Positions 52,173-60,671 of a DNA stretch of 64,000 bases are shown here, one piece after another. Under the pieces are notes generated by a model. It did no database searches, was not told where the DNA came from, and saw only the letters and a list, made by a program, of their open reading frames with translations. The position numbers and the translations under genes are program-made. The stretch's first letter is position 1. Each line of letters starts with the position of its first letter. Origin of the DNA: a virus; the IMG/VR virus record IMGVR_UViG_3300020530_000006. One strand, written 5' to 3'.

Positions 52173-53066
52173 TCAGCCGGCAATATCTAATTCGTTATAT
52201 GTTGAATAACTATATGTAATTGTAGCATTACCACCACCAGTATCGCCACCGGTTTGATTGATACTAGATAGTAGATTCTTACTACCAAGATTGAATGTGT
52301 ATGCTGTTCCACTGCTTAATGTATCACAAACCTTTACAACAATAGATTGTTCATTGACTGGCGAGCCACTGCAGCCTATCGCGGTGAGATCAAGAGCAAC
52401 ACCATCAACACCAGTAGCACTAACTTCGAATTCGCATGTTACTTCTAGTGGGAAATTAACAAAGCGATGGAATGGGCCATATTGACCAAGCTTGTACATG
52501 CTTTCTCTTCCAAGATCAGCATTAATAGTGATACTAGTAATATTTTTACCAGCCACTTCTGATGGTAAAGTTGAACCAGCTATATCAAGATTCTGTCTGC
52601 GCATAACAGTTGTACCACTTGTAGTTGGAGCACTAACACCTGTTGCTGCGATTGTTTTAGCATTGCCTACAAATGTTACGTCTTCTGTAAAATTTCCATC
52701 AACAGGAAAAGTATATGTTAAACTAGAAATAAACATTTCATTACAGATGACACTGGCAGAAGTAGTTAGTGTAGCATTTGTATCCTCTCCAATACCAACA
52801 ACAACTTGTGTTGACTTGTTAGCATTTGCTATGAGTGTGCCGCCGCCAGTGGTCAAATTCCAAATTGTGCTTTCGCTATCAAGAACCTTACTAACTGTAA
52901 CTTCTACTTCTGGATCAACCACGATATTATCATATAGGGCAACTTGACCTAATTGAAAAGCTTGCTCTAGATTAAATGTTGTTGAGATACCAACACTTTG
53001 AGCGCCTTGTACTGTTGTACCGCCTACCCTTACGCCTTGACTAGCATAAAAAACACGATTTGGCAT
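52173..53066 (-). CDS. Major tail tube protein
   Basis: Thr/Ser/Gly/Val-rich 297-aa protein after the neck genes; own candidate promoter motif and GGAG SD. Confidence 0.7.
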   Translation of the reverse strand: MPNRVFYASQGVRVGGTTVQGAQSVGISTTFNLEQAFQLGQVALYDNIVVDPEVEVTVSKVLDSESTIWNLTTGGGTLIANANKSTQVVVGIGEDTNATLTTSASVICNEMFISSLTYTFPVDGNFTEDVTFVGNAKTIAATGVSAPTTSGTTVMRRQNLDIAGSTLPSEVAGKNITSITINADLGRESMYKLGQYGPFHRFVNFPLEVTCEFEVSATGVDGVALDLTAIGCSGSPVNEQSIVVKVCDTLSSGTAYTFNLGSKNLLSSINQTGGDTGGGNATITYSYSTYNELDIAG

Positions 53067-53109
53067 ATTATTTCTCCACTATATACGAGAGTTTTGTATT
53101 GGACATATT

Positions 53110-53119
53110 TATTATACAC
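53110..53119 (-). promoter_or_regulatory. Candidate late promoter GTGTATAATA (copy 1)
   Basis: Same 10-mer lies in the intergenic gap at 55671-55680. Confidence 0.45.
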
Positions 53120-53125
53120 ACATTT

Positions 53126-54091
53126 TCAGAAAGAAGTAAAAATTATTTCGTTAGATAGCCTTATTACAGACCCGTACATTCTAATATTGGTGAAGTTAAT
53201 TTCTGATATATTTACATCTGTAATTTGACATCTAATCCATCTATAGTTTGGATTGTTCACAATTGTATAGTAATTTTGACCATTTATATTTTTGCTACCA
53301 TTATAGTTTAATGGATAAATACCACTATTAATAATTTCTTTAGTATTATATAGCCAAATTACTCTATCTTCTTGAAGTCTAATAACATCAATAATATTAT
53401 TTTTTTGATTCGGAGTATCCGATAAAACATGAAGCAGCATATCCTGTTCTATTATTAGTGACTTATCTCCGAGTCTATATGGCTTGCTATTGGATCTGGC
53501 TATCGTTTCTATAATTATTGCTGGTAGTTGTATTCTGTGTTCACTATTGATAGCAAAATCGCCCTTATCACTAAGAGATAGTCCGGTCTTATTTTCTAAA
53601 GATCTATATTGTATTTCTCTCCAGTATGGAAATTCTTCCATTTTATAGATTTGAATATTTTTATAAGAATATGATACTTGCACATTACTATTGGAAGCTA
53701 CGGGCTTGTTAAAAACCACACATCCTTCTGGATAATTAATAGAGTATCCTAAAGTAGCATTTCCTGTTGGTCCAGGATAAAATACAGAATTTACATAAAC
53801 ACCGCTGACGTTAATAGGAGCAGCTGTAGAATAGTTTACTCCGGATTCGTGTACCCAATCTTTTCGTGCTGCCTGCCAAACTGTTCGATCAGATTTGTTT
53901 GGATTATTTGTTGGTTTGAGTATATGTAAATCAAATCCAGCTATATTTTGTGTTGGTATATGCACATTCGTAAACGCACCAATATTTAAAAATCCCCAGT
54001 CTAAAAAAGACTTGTAGTTATTTTCAAGTTCGTTAATAATTAATGGTGTGCCAATATTATCAACACCCATGAATGATGGATCGTATGTCAT
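53126..54091 (-). CDS. Putative tail terminator / neck protein
   Basis: Between head-tail joining genes and the tail tube; QLPAIIIE motif typical of tail-completion proteins. Confidence 0.5.
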   Translation of the reverse strand: MTYDPSFMGVDNIGTPLIINELENNYKSFLDWGFLNIGAFTNVHIPTQNIAGFDLHILKPTNNPNKSDRTVWQAARKDWVHESGVNYSTAAPINVSGVYVNSVFYPGPTGNATLGYSINYPEGCVVFNKPVASNSNVQVSYSYKNIQIYKMEEFPYWREIQYRSLENKTGLSLSDKGDFAINSEHRIQLPAIIIETIARSNSKPYRLGDKSLIIEQDMLLHVLSDTPNQKNNIIDVIRLQEDRVIWLYNTKEIINSGIYPLNYNGSKNINGQNYYTIVNNPNYRWIRCQITDVNISEINFTNIRMYGSVIRLSNEIIFTSF

Positions 54092-54092
54092 G

Positions 54093-54737
54093 TTATATGT
54101 CCATAAGGTCTTTTAGTTTTTTTTCTATTGATGGTTGAGCAGCGTCTATGGCTCTCGTAATCCAATTATTTTTTATATTACCAGCAAATTCTGGCGGAAC
54201 TCTCCATGATGCTCCAGAATAACCTTTCATTATACCTAGTCCTGTTCTAGATGAAGGATTTGGACCAGCAACGAATCCATAATCACTTATAATAATAGTA
54301 TCTCCTTCTAACAAAAGCCATTGTAGCCAATTTAATTTAGTTCCTTTTTCTGTAGTAAAAGAGGCCGAACCTAGGCTTATAAGATCTTGAAAATCTGAAC
54401 TAATCATTTGAAATCTAATTCCGGCATTAATTTTTCCATTGACTATAGATGTTGGTTTTCTTACTATGTTAGATCCTGACTTTATTGTTGAAATTATATC
54501 TGATAATCTTGATGATGGATCAGGAATGCCGAACTCACCTTGTAGTTGACCTCCCATTAAAGAGTCATATTCTGGTTGACTAATAATACTATCAACAACA
54601 ATATCTGATATTGAACTAGCCATGCTTTGATATATCTTATTTAAATATTTATTAATCTCTGGTACTAAGGCATATGATATGCGTTGAGCAATGGTGAAAT
54701 CGTCCTCTAAAACTTTTACTTTAAAATTTAGAGTCAT
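54093..54737 (-). CDS. Putative neck / tail-completion protein
   Basis: Probable start MTLNFK at 54737 (ATGA overlap); WLQWLL.EG, SRTG..IM, NNWITRAI. Confidence 0.5.
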   Translation of the reverse strand: MTLNFKVKVLEDDFTIAQRISYALVPEINKYLNKIYQSMASSISDIVVDSIISQPEYDSLMGGQLQGEFGIPDPSSRLSDIISTIKSGSNIVRKPTSIVNGKINAGIRFQMISSDFQDLISLGSASFTTEKGTKLNWLQWLLLEGDTIIISDYGFVAGPNPSSRTGLGIMKGYSGASWRVPPEFAGNIKNNWITRAIDAAQPSIEKKLKDLMDI

Positions 54738-55243
54738 ATCTTTTTCCAATATGTAAAAAAATAAGAACTGTCTCCAAAGCCACATGGCTCTGGTTCGCTA
54801 TTTCTTTGATAAAAACTTTCTGTATAGTTTTGAATATTTGTATCTATTATAATTTTATTGCAATTTTTAATTTTTGGATAGTCTTCTAGTTTGCTAATAG
54901 TTTGTACTAAACCATCTGGACTATGTATTTTGCTATTAAAATTTATCCAGTACTTATAATCAAATATAACTAATAAATCTAGAGTATCAGAATTTTCACT
55001 ATATGATCCACCAATACCTCTACAGTAGGGACATATTTGTCCATCCGCAAAAGTTATTGGCCCACCAGTTTTATACATATTACTTGATTTGTGTGAAATA
55101 GGATCTATATCACAATTTATACATTCTAAAAATGATGAGCCTTCATAGATCAATTTACATGGTAAAGACAAAGAGCCAGATCTTAGCAACTCATCTATGA
55201 AAGATTTGTATAAATTTTTTAACTCAGTAGTTATTATATTCAT
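54734..55243 (-). CDS. Putative head-closure protein with zinc-binding Cys pairs
   Basis: CINC...CPYCRGIG; position in the neck cluster. Confidence 0.5.
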   Translation of the reverse strand: MNIITTELKNLYKSFIDELLRSGSLSLPCKLIYEGSSFLECINCDIDPISHKSSNMYKTGGPITFADGQICPYCRGIGGSYSENSDTLDLLVIFDYKYWINFNSKIHSPDGLVQTISKLEDYPKIKNCNKIIIDTNIQNYTESFYQRNSEPEPCGFGDSSYFFTYWKKI

Positions 55244-55249
55244 AATATT

Positions 55250-55645
55250 TTATATAAAAGTAATTAGTCCTTTAACTATTTTGCTATTTTCTGATGTTGG
55301 GCTAATTAGCTCCACTTCATAAACAGCAAAAGTTTGATCGAATCTTCTTGTAAAACTTTCTGGAACAAACATATATATAGAACTTGCTTGATTGTTTATT
55401 TCTAATAATTGATTCGCAGATGACATATTTAATAAAGATTCTGTGGAAGTATAAGATAGCTTTATGGTTCCTCTTAGTGAATATCCACTTAGATTAACAG
55501 AATTATTGTCTTTTGATAAAAGAAATGTAATTCTATATCCGCTTCCTTTATCTAGCGTTAAATTTCTTGTTGCGCATAGAAAACACGCATCGTTTTCGCC
55601 AGGATTCTCTAAAGTATCAAAAAGAGTAACGCAGAAAGAGGCCAT
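55250..55645 (-). CDS. Small beta-sandwich virion protein (BppU N-terminal-like)
   Basis: LTLDKGS...VNLSGYSLRGTIK...AVYEVEL.......KIVKG. Confidence 0.55.
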   Translation of the reverse strand: MASFCVTLFDTLENPGENDACFLCATRNLTLDKGSGYRITFLLSKDNNSVNLSGYSLRGTIKLSYTSTESLLNMSSANQLLEINNQASSIYMFVPESFTRRFDQTFAVYEVELISPTSENSKIVKGLITFI

Positions 55646-55670
55646 TTTATTCTCCTTATGTGGTATAGTG

Positions 55671-55680
55671 TATTATACAC
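55671..55680 (-). promoter_or_regulatory. Candidate late promoter GTGTATAATA (copy 2)
   Basis: Intergenic, just upstream of the AAGGAG SD of the 131-aa gene. Confidence 0.45.
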
Positions 55681-55705
55681 CATATGGCATAATTGAACAA
55701 AATGA

Positions 55706-56953
55706 CTAATTATTTAGAAAAAACCGATCTATCTGATTACAGTCGTTGCTTATGATATTTTTTTGAATATTTTCTATAGTTTTCTTATCTATTATATCTG
55801 GATGAACCCACCAATCCTCAAATGGGCTAATATCTGTTGGAGCAATATTAGGAATTAAAAGTTTATATCCTAATGACTCTAGATATTCTCTAGATTTAGT
55901 TCTATATGATCTTGTAATATCTACATAATAATCATGTTCATATGTTATGAATCCAAATTTATATTTATCAAACGGTATTGATATTAAAGCTTCATATGTT
56001 TTATCAGAAGGTTCTATATCTAATTGTAGATAATCTATAGTAGATATATTTGAAAAATATTTTTGTAATAATTTATTATAATCAATAATTAAAGCATCGA
56101 TGCATAATACTGGATTTTTTCTATGTTGTCTATAATTATTAACTAAATCTTGATCATATTCAATACCTATTCCATGCCATCCAAATTTCTGTTCGATTAG
56201 CGCAGTATTGCTATTTTTAAATGGTTCTGATGTTCCAATCTCTAAATATGTACCATTATATTTTCCATTAAATAAATGTAATAGCATCATATCTTGATAT
56301 GTTTGAGAATAATTTCTCTCTACGTGTTCAATTCCAGAGAAAGAAAATTTTAACCTCTCTCTAAATTTAGAATAATATGTTCTAATACATATGTGACACG
56401 GTCCAGATCCTAGCCAAAATACATTGTTACCAATAACAGACTTATGTTCTTCGGATAGTTGATCAAAATAATTGTTTAATAAGATTTGATAAATCTGTCT
56501 AGCCTCTGTTGGTTTACCAACATGGTAGGCTGATATGGCTTTTTGTAGTAAAAAAATATATTTCCCAGGGTAGTTCGATTGGGTGATCAATTTTGATGAT
56601 TGACCACAAATATCAAAAGCTATACAAGCATTCGTATACATATCAATCCAATTATTTTTTTTCTCATAATATTGACCAAGAAAAAAATATGCTTCAGGTT
56701 TCTTAGGATCAATCGTTATAGCTTGCTTTAGTAGAGTTTCGCAAGTAATATCTCTGCCTCCTAATCTATCATAGCATAGATACATCCTTATTATAGATTC
56801 ATATCTTAGATTTATATCATTCGTTACTTCTGCACACCTTAGAAAAAAGGAAAGTGCTGGTGAATAATGATTGATTGACTCGTACCATAATGCAATATTA
56901 AAATTACATAAATCATTTTTAGGATTATTTATATAATCTATTAAATAATTCAT
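55706..56953 (-). CDS. TPR-repeat + FkbM-family methyltransferase fusion
   Basis: N-terminal TPR helices (LKQAITIDPKKPEAYFFLG); C-terminal YSQTYQD, YLEIG, SNT..IE...W.GIGIE, IDYLQLDIE, TYEHD, EDWWV. Confidence 0.8.
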   Translation of the reverse strand: MNYLIDYINNPKNDLCNFNIALWYESINHYSPALSFFLRCAEVTNDINLRYESIIRMYLCYDRLGGRDITCETLLKQAITIDPKKPEAYFFLGQYYEKKNNWIDMYTNACIAFDICGQSSKLITQSNYPGKYIFLLQKAISAYHVGKPTEARQIYQILLNNYFDQLSEEHKSVIGNNVFWLGSGPCHICIRTYYSKFRERLKFSFSGIEHVERNYSQTYQDMMLLHLFNGKYNGTYLEIGTSEPFKNSNTALIEQKFGWHGIGIEYDQDLVNNYRQHRKNPVLCIDALIIDYNKLLQKYFSNISTIDYLQLDIEPSDKTYEALISIPFDKYKFGFITYEHDYYVDITRSYRTKSREYLESLGYKLLIPNIAPTDISPFEDWWVHPDIIDKKTIENIQKNIISNDCNQIDRFFLNN

Positions 56954-57936
56954 AGTCCTACCATTTCATTAATTATAGATTTATTTAGAGAAAGTAAATA
57001 TGCTGCGTTATCTTGAAAACCAAAAGTAATCAATATTTTTCCTTCAAATTCGGTCATACCGCAAGCAAATTCTATACCACCGTCCATAAAATCAAATCTA
57101 GGAGAAACTCTGAGAGGATTTAAATTTTGATCCCATAAAACAAACCTATGTCTATAAATTGCGTCTTTTCGACCAGCTTCGCTCGTAAATAAATGAACTT
57201 CATGTAATATTGCGAGATAGTGGTTTTCATATGGTATAACTTGTGAGCCTCCTCTCAAATCAGAAGTATTAAAATTTTTATATTCTGACATTATTATAGT
57301 TTTAGTAGATTGCGATGTTGGATCATACTCAACAACTTCAGTAGGATTTGTCCATTTTACATATTGATATGGTCTGTCAATTATTGGCATCCAGTTTTTT
57401 TCGCAATATGAGTTGTTCGGCTCTGGAGCTGGTAATCTTTGTCTATTAATCTCTTTTGGATTATCTTTTATATCAATTTCTGATAGTTCAATTCTACCCT
57501 GACCATTAGTAGTGGTATCCCTTCTAACTCCGCTCAAAAATAATTTATTATTCCATTTAATTAATCGACCATCTTCTAATCCTACAAATTCCCATAATGG
57601 TTTAACATCCAGAGTTGACGTATCCACTACAGAACTATGAATTATATTAAAATTATTATCTAGCTCACATATAATGTTATGAGTGGCTAATACTTGGTGT
57701 TGTTCGGTATGCAGATAACACAATGGTCCCCAAACGTGTTCATTTACGCCATTTTCTGAATGATAAAGAGTGTAGTTAACATTACGCAAATTAACTAATA
57801 ATTTACCATCTAAATTAATTATAGATGGATTCATTAAAGATGGCCCAACCATTTTATCGGTTGGAATTAATAGTGGATAAATATTTCCACCATTTTGGAT
57901 AGCTTTTTGTACAAAATTTCCTATATCACTAATCAT
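56950..57936 (-). CDS. Five-bladed beta-propeller glycosidase/phosphorylase-like protein (GH43/GH130-type clan)
   Basis: MNPSI, GLEDGRL, EKNWMP, LRGGS, YRHRF, IEFACG, ITFGFQD. Confidence 0.75.
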   Translation of the reverse strand: MISDIGNFVQKAIQNGGNIYPLLIPTDKMVGPSLMNPSIINLDGKLLVNLRNVNYTLYHSENGVNEHVWGPLCYLHTEQHQVLATHNIICELDNNFNIIHSSVVDTSTLDVKPLWEFVGLEDGRLIKWNNKLFLSGVRRDTTTNGQGRIELSEIDIKDNPKEINRQRLPAPEPNNSYCEKNWMPIIDRPYQYVKWTNPTEVVEYDPTSQSTKTIIMSEYKNFNTSDLRGGSQVIPYENHYLAILHEVHLFTSEAGRKDAIYRHRFVLWDQNLNPLRVSPRFDFMDGGIEFACGMTEFEGKILITFGFQDNAAYLLSLNKSIINEMVGL

Positions 57937-58021
57937 AAGTTCTCCTTATATGATTATAGTAATCAAAAAAGAGAATTAGGCAAATTAGATATTTTGAGCC
58001 TATCGGTAAATTTTCTTTGTT

Positions 58022-58654
58022 TTATAGGCCGTATCTACCTTTAATAGTATTATAATTTTGTAAAACTTCAGACGATGATAGTTCTTTATTATATAATTTT
58101 AGTGTGGATACTCTACCAGACATATAAGCTGTATCAGCTCGACCAATATAGATATTCCCAGTTGTTGTAACCTTTGATCCAAAAGTACTTACTAGATTAC
58201 CATTAACATAAAATAAACTAGATGATGACTTTCTAATAATCGTGGCGATAACCCATGAATTAATAGGAACAGAACTTGTTACTGCTGTAGACGAAGATCC
58301 TGGACCCCAATATGTAACAGAAGCGAAATTGAATATGCTCCACTGCCACGTGGTAGAATTATAAGCATTAGCTCCAGCATATATAATTGGAAAATTATTT
58401 CTATTGTTCATATAAAAAGAAACTTCCACAGACAGTGGCTCAAGAACATGCGGAACTATTGCATACTGACTTGTTCCATTAAGAGAAAAATAATTATTAG
58501 TAAAAGTTGGACTATTATATAGTGTAGCATTATATCCTGAACTAGACATATCATTCCAATTAGCTCCGCTGCCAGAATAGCTTTTATTAGATGCGGCATC
58601 TAAGCATAGAATAAGAGAGTCTGTGACTATTTTTGGTCCGTTATTATAGCTCAT
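58022..58654 (-). CDS. LamG/concanavalin A-like domain protein
   Basis: GPKIVTDSLILCLDA..KSY.GSG..W.D.S, FYVNG, LYNKELSSSEVLQNY...KGRYGL. Confidence 0.85.
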   Translation of the reverse strand: MSYNNGPKIVTDSLILCLDAASNKSYSGSGANWNDMSSSGYNATLYNSPTFTNNYFSLNGTSQYAIVPHVLEPLSVEVSFYMNNRNNFPIIYAGANAYNSTTWQWSIFNFASVTYWGPGSSSTAVTSSVPINSWVIATIIRKSSSSLFYVNGNLVSTFGSKVTTTGNIYIGRADTAYMSGRVSTLKLYNKELSSSEVLQNYNTIKGRYGL

Positions 58655-58691
58655 TCAATAAAACCTTATTAGTAAAATTGTTTAATGTTTT

Positions 58692-58930
58692 TGACCCATG
58701 GCTACCGCCAACATTGTGTCCTATAGTTTCCTATAAGCATGGACTATATCTTCCACGTTTGTGGTGGGGGCGCTCTAGCCTGTTATTAAAACAAACCTTT
58801 TTGTTTCAGGTAGTCTCTACACCTTCACAGAGATGGCTCTGTGCTTGGCTCGGTATTGCCATCAGCATTATCTGTTAAGGTTTCACCGAATTCACCCCCA
58901 ATGGGCCTATTCTCATATGGTGCTGGGCCT
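58692..58930 (-). ncRNA. ORF-less group I intron/ribozyme (IA-like, with P7.1)
   Basis: Minus strand: P3 UGGGGGUG/CGCCCCCA, P AAUUCGGUGAAA, Q AAUACCGAGC, P6a CACAGAG/CUCUGUG, R GUGUAGAGACUA, P8 CCAC-AAAC-GUGG, S AAGAUAUAGUCC, P9 UUAUAG-GAAA-CUAUAG, end ACAAUG (terminal G at 58712). Confidence 0.88.
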
Positions 58931-59473
58931 CCTTTCAATATTATTGTTCTTATATACTATGACAATGTTATTTTGAGTAATTTTTCCGTATCTATATATT
59001 TTAAAAAAATTAGGAATAGGAAGATTAGGAAAATCGCCAGGCTCTTTTTCAATAGCTATACTGTGAACACCCTCTATAAAAAAATAGCTATTGTTAGAAG
59101 GAAAGCTAAATAAAGACTTTAAAATAGATTGAGTAATAAATGTTGGTTCGCTTTCTCCTGTTACTTCTGTCGAATGAACAAGAGATCTAGAATTAAGTTC
59201 AGAAATGTCGATCACATTATCGGGCTGTTCAAAATTTTTAACACCTTTATATGTTTTGTAGTAATTAAAATTGTCATTCATGGATATATATTGATAAACA
59301 TATCTTCTTATACAAAGATTCTTTCTACTACCTGTTGATCCAGATCCGTAAAGAATAGCTTTTCCTCCACTTTTAAGAGTTGGGGGGGTATAAAATGAAT
59401 ATGTTTCTCCTACCGGATCAAAATAAGGATCATTGTTGTCAAAATGTGGAGGTTGTCCGTATACATTAGTCAT
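58913..59473 (-). CDS. Hypothetical protein; its 3' end runs into the group I element
   Basis: 186-aa ORF, TAATG-coupled to the upstream mini-gene. Confidence 0.65.
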   Translation of the reverse strand: MTNVYGQPPHFDNNDPYFDPVGETYSFYTPPTLKSGGKAILYGSGSTGSRKNLCIRRYVYQYISMNDNFNYYKTYKGVKNFEQPDNVIDISELNSRSLVHSTEVTGESEPTFITQSILKSLFSFPSNNSYFFIEGVHSIAIEKEPGDFPNLPIPNFFKIYRYGKITQNNIVIVYKNNNIERRPSTI

Positions 59474-59619
59474 TATAGTCCAAACCTTCCTTTAGTAGCA
59501 TTATAATTGTATAAAATTTCATTTGCTGATAATTCTTTATTATAAACTCTAGTAATAGCAATATCAATACAAAAAACTAATCCATCAGTAACTATATCTG
59601 GTCCTCCGTATATAGACAT
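59473..59619 (-). pseudogene. Internally deleted LamG gene (48-aa mini-ORF)
   Basis: MSIYGGPDIVTDGLVFCID joined directly to IAITRVYNKELSANEILYNYNATKGRFGL, matching the two termini of the 58022-58654 LamG protein. Confidence 0.85.
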
Positions 59620-59628
59620 AATATTTTC

Positions 59629-60048
59629 CTATATATATTGAGCTTCTATAAAAGCAGTATCAACCTGATTTTCTGTTAATCCTAGAGCCTGAGCTAGCGG
59701 AGCTAACATAGGATGATTTCTTTCCACATAAGGAGCATATTCCCATTCAACTTTTATAGTTTCTCGTGTTATTGGATCTTCTATACTATTTATAGCATTT
59801 TCTACTTGAGTTAATTGAATGCCGTTATTTATTAACCATAATCTTATTTGTCGTGCGCTAACGCTTTCTGGAACCGATTGTTGATATTGCGTCCATACTC
59901 CATTATTCCAATAATAATCATTGGCTGGTTTTTCTGGTAGTAAAGCCCACTTGTTTTTTTTGGGATTGTCGTTTTCAATCCAACCAGATACAAGTTCATC
60001 ACTCAGATCTTTAATTTCATAAGTGTCAACATTATAATATAAATTCAT
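59629..60048 (-). CDS. Tail-fibre-associated (chaperone-like) protein
   Basis: YYWNNGVW..., VPESVSARQIRLWL...EWEYA..VER.HP....LGLT..QVD..F..A module, commonly found next to fibre genes. Confidence 0.55.
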   Translation of the reverse strand: MNLYYNVDTYEIKDLSDELVSGWIENDNPKKNKWALLPEKPANDYYWNNGVWTQYQQSVPESVSARQIRLWLINNGIQLTQVENAINSIEDPITRETIKVEWEYAPYVERNHPMLAPLAQALGLTENQVDTAFIEAQYI

Positions 60049-60671
60049 GAATATATCCTATTATGAGTAGTAACTGTTGCTGCGTTATTATTTGTTAAAG
60101 TAGTATTATTATTATATTCATAAAGATTTCTTACCAAAGGAGCATAATACTCTAGTGATTGTGGCCTTATTTTTTTTGCAGAGAATCCTTTAACTAAGCT
60201 ATTAATCTCGTCAATATTGAGAGCTGCTGACCATATAGCAATGTCACTTATATAACCATCGAAACCTTCTACTGTATTTGTTCCAATTAAAACTCTAGTT
60301 AAACTAGTTGGCGTAACATCAGTCGTATTAGTGCCACTGGAACCTCCATCTCTATAAATTGTTCGTGATGTTGAGGATGAACAAACGAAACAAACATGGT
60401 GCCAAGTATTAATAGTGAATCCACTAGTGGTTTGGGCAATATAATTTACTGTTGTTAATAAATTACCTCTAATAGGATCTGCTACTGCTTGGCCAGCAAA
60501 TAGCGTACGAAATCCTTGATTAGTAGCTGCTTGCAGCCAAGACATAATTGTCATAGCAACAGTATCATTAGTAGCATAGGCCCATGCGGAAAAAGTTACA
60601 GGATAAACAGAAATAGATGGTCCATTACCAGAAATAGATTGTGAGCTTGCTCTAACAAAATTATATGCCAT
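60045..60671 (-). CDS. LamG/concanavalin A-like domain protein
   Basis: TFSAW, NTWHHVC, IYRDG, FDGYISDIAIWSAAL..DEI..L. Confidence 0.85.
   Translation of the reverse strand: MAYNFVRASSQSISGNGPSISVYPVTFSAWAYATNDTVAMTIMSWLQAATNQGFRTLFAGQAVADPIRGNLLTTVNYIAQTTSGFTINTWHHVCFVCSSSTSRTIYRDGGSSGTNTTDVTPTSLTRVLIGTNTVEGFDGYISDIAIWSAALNIDEINSLVKGFSAKKIRPQSLEYYAPLVRNLYEYNNNTTLTNNNAATVTTHNRIYS

Noticed and set aside
58694-58711. The predicted 18-nt circle would contain an endless ORF (MGLAVA repeated)
   Set aside because: An 18-nt circle is far too small to load a ribosome; likely coincidence unless multimers are shown.
58633-59113. Plus-strand ORFs 58633-58878 and 58841-59113
   Set aside because: They are antisense to the structural operon and are explained by the GC-richer group I RNA on the minus strand.
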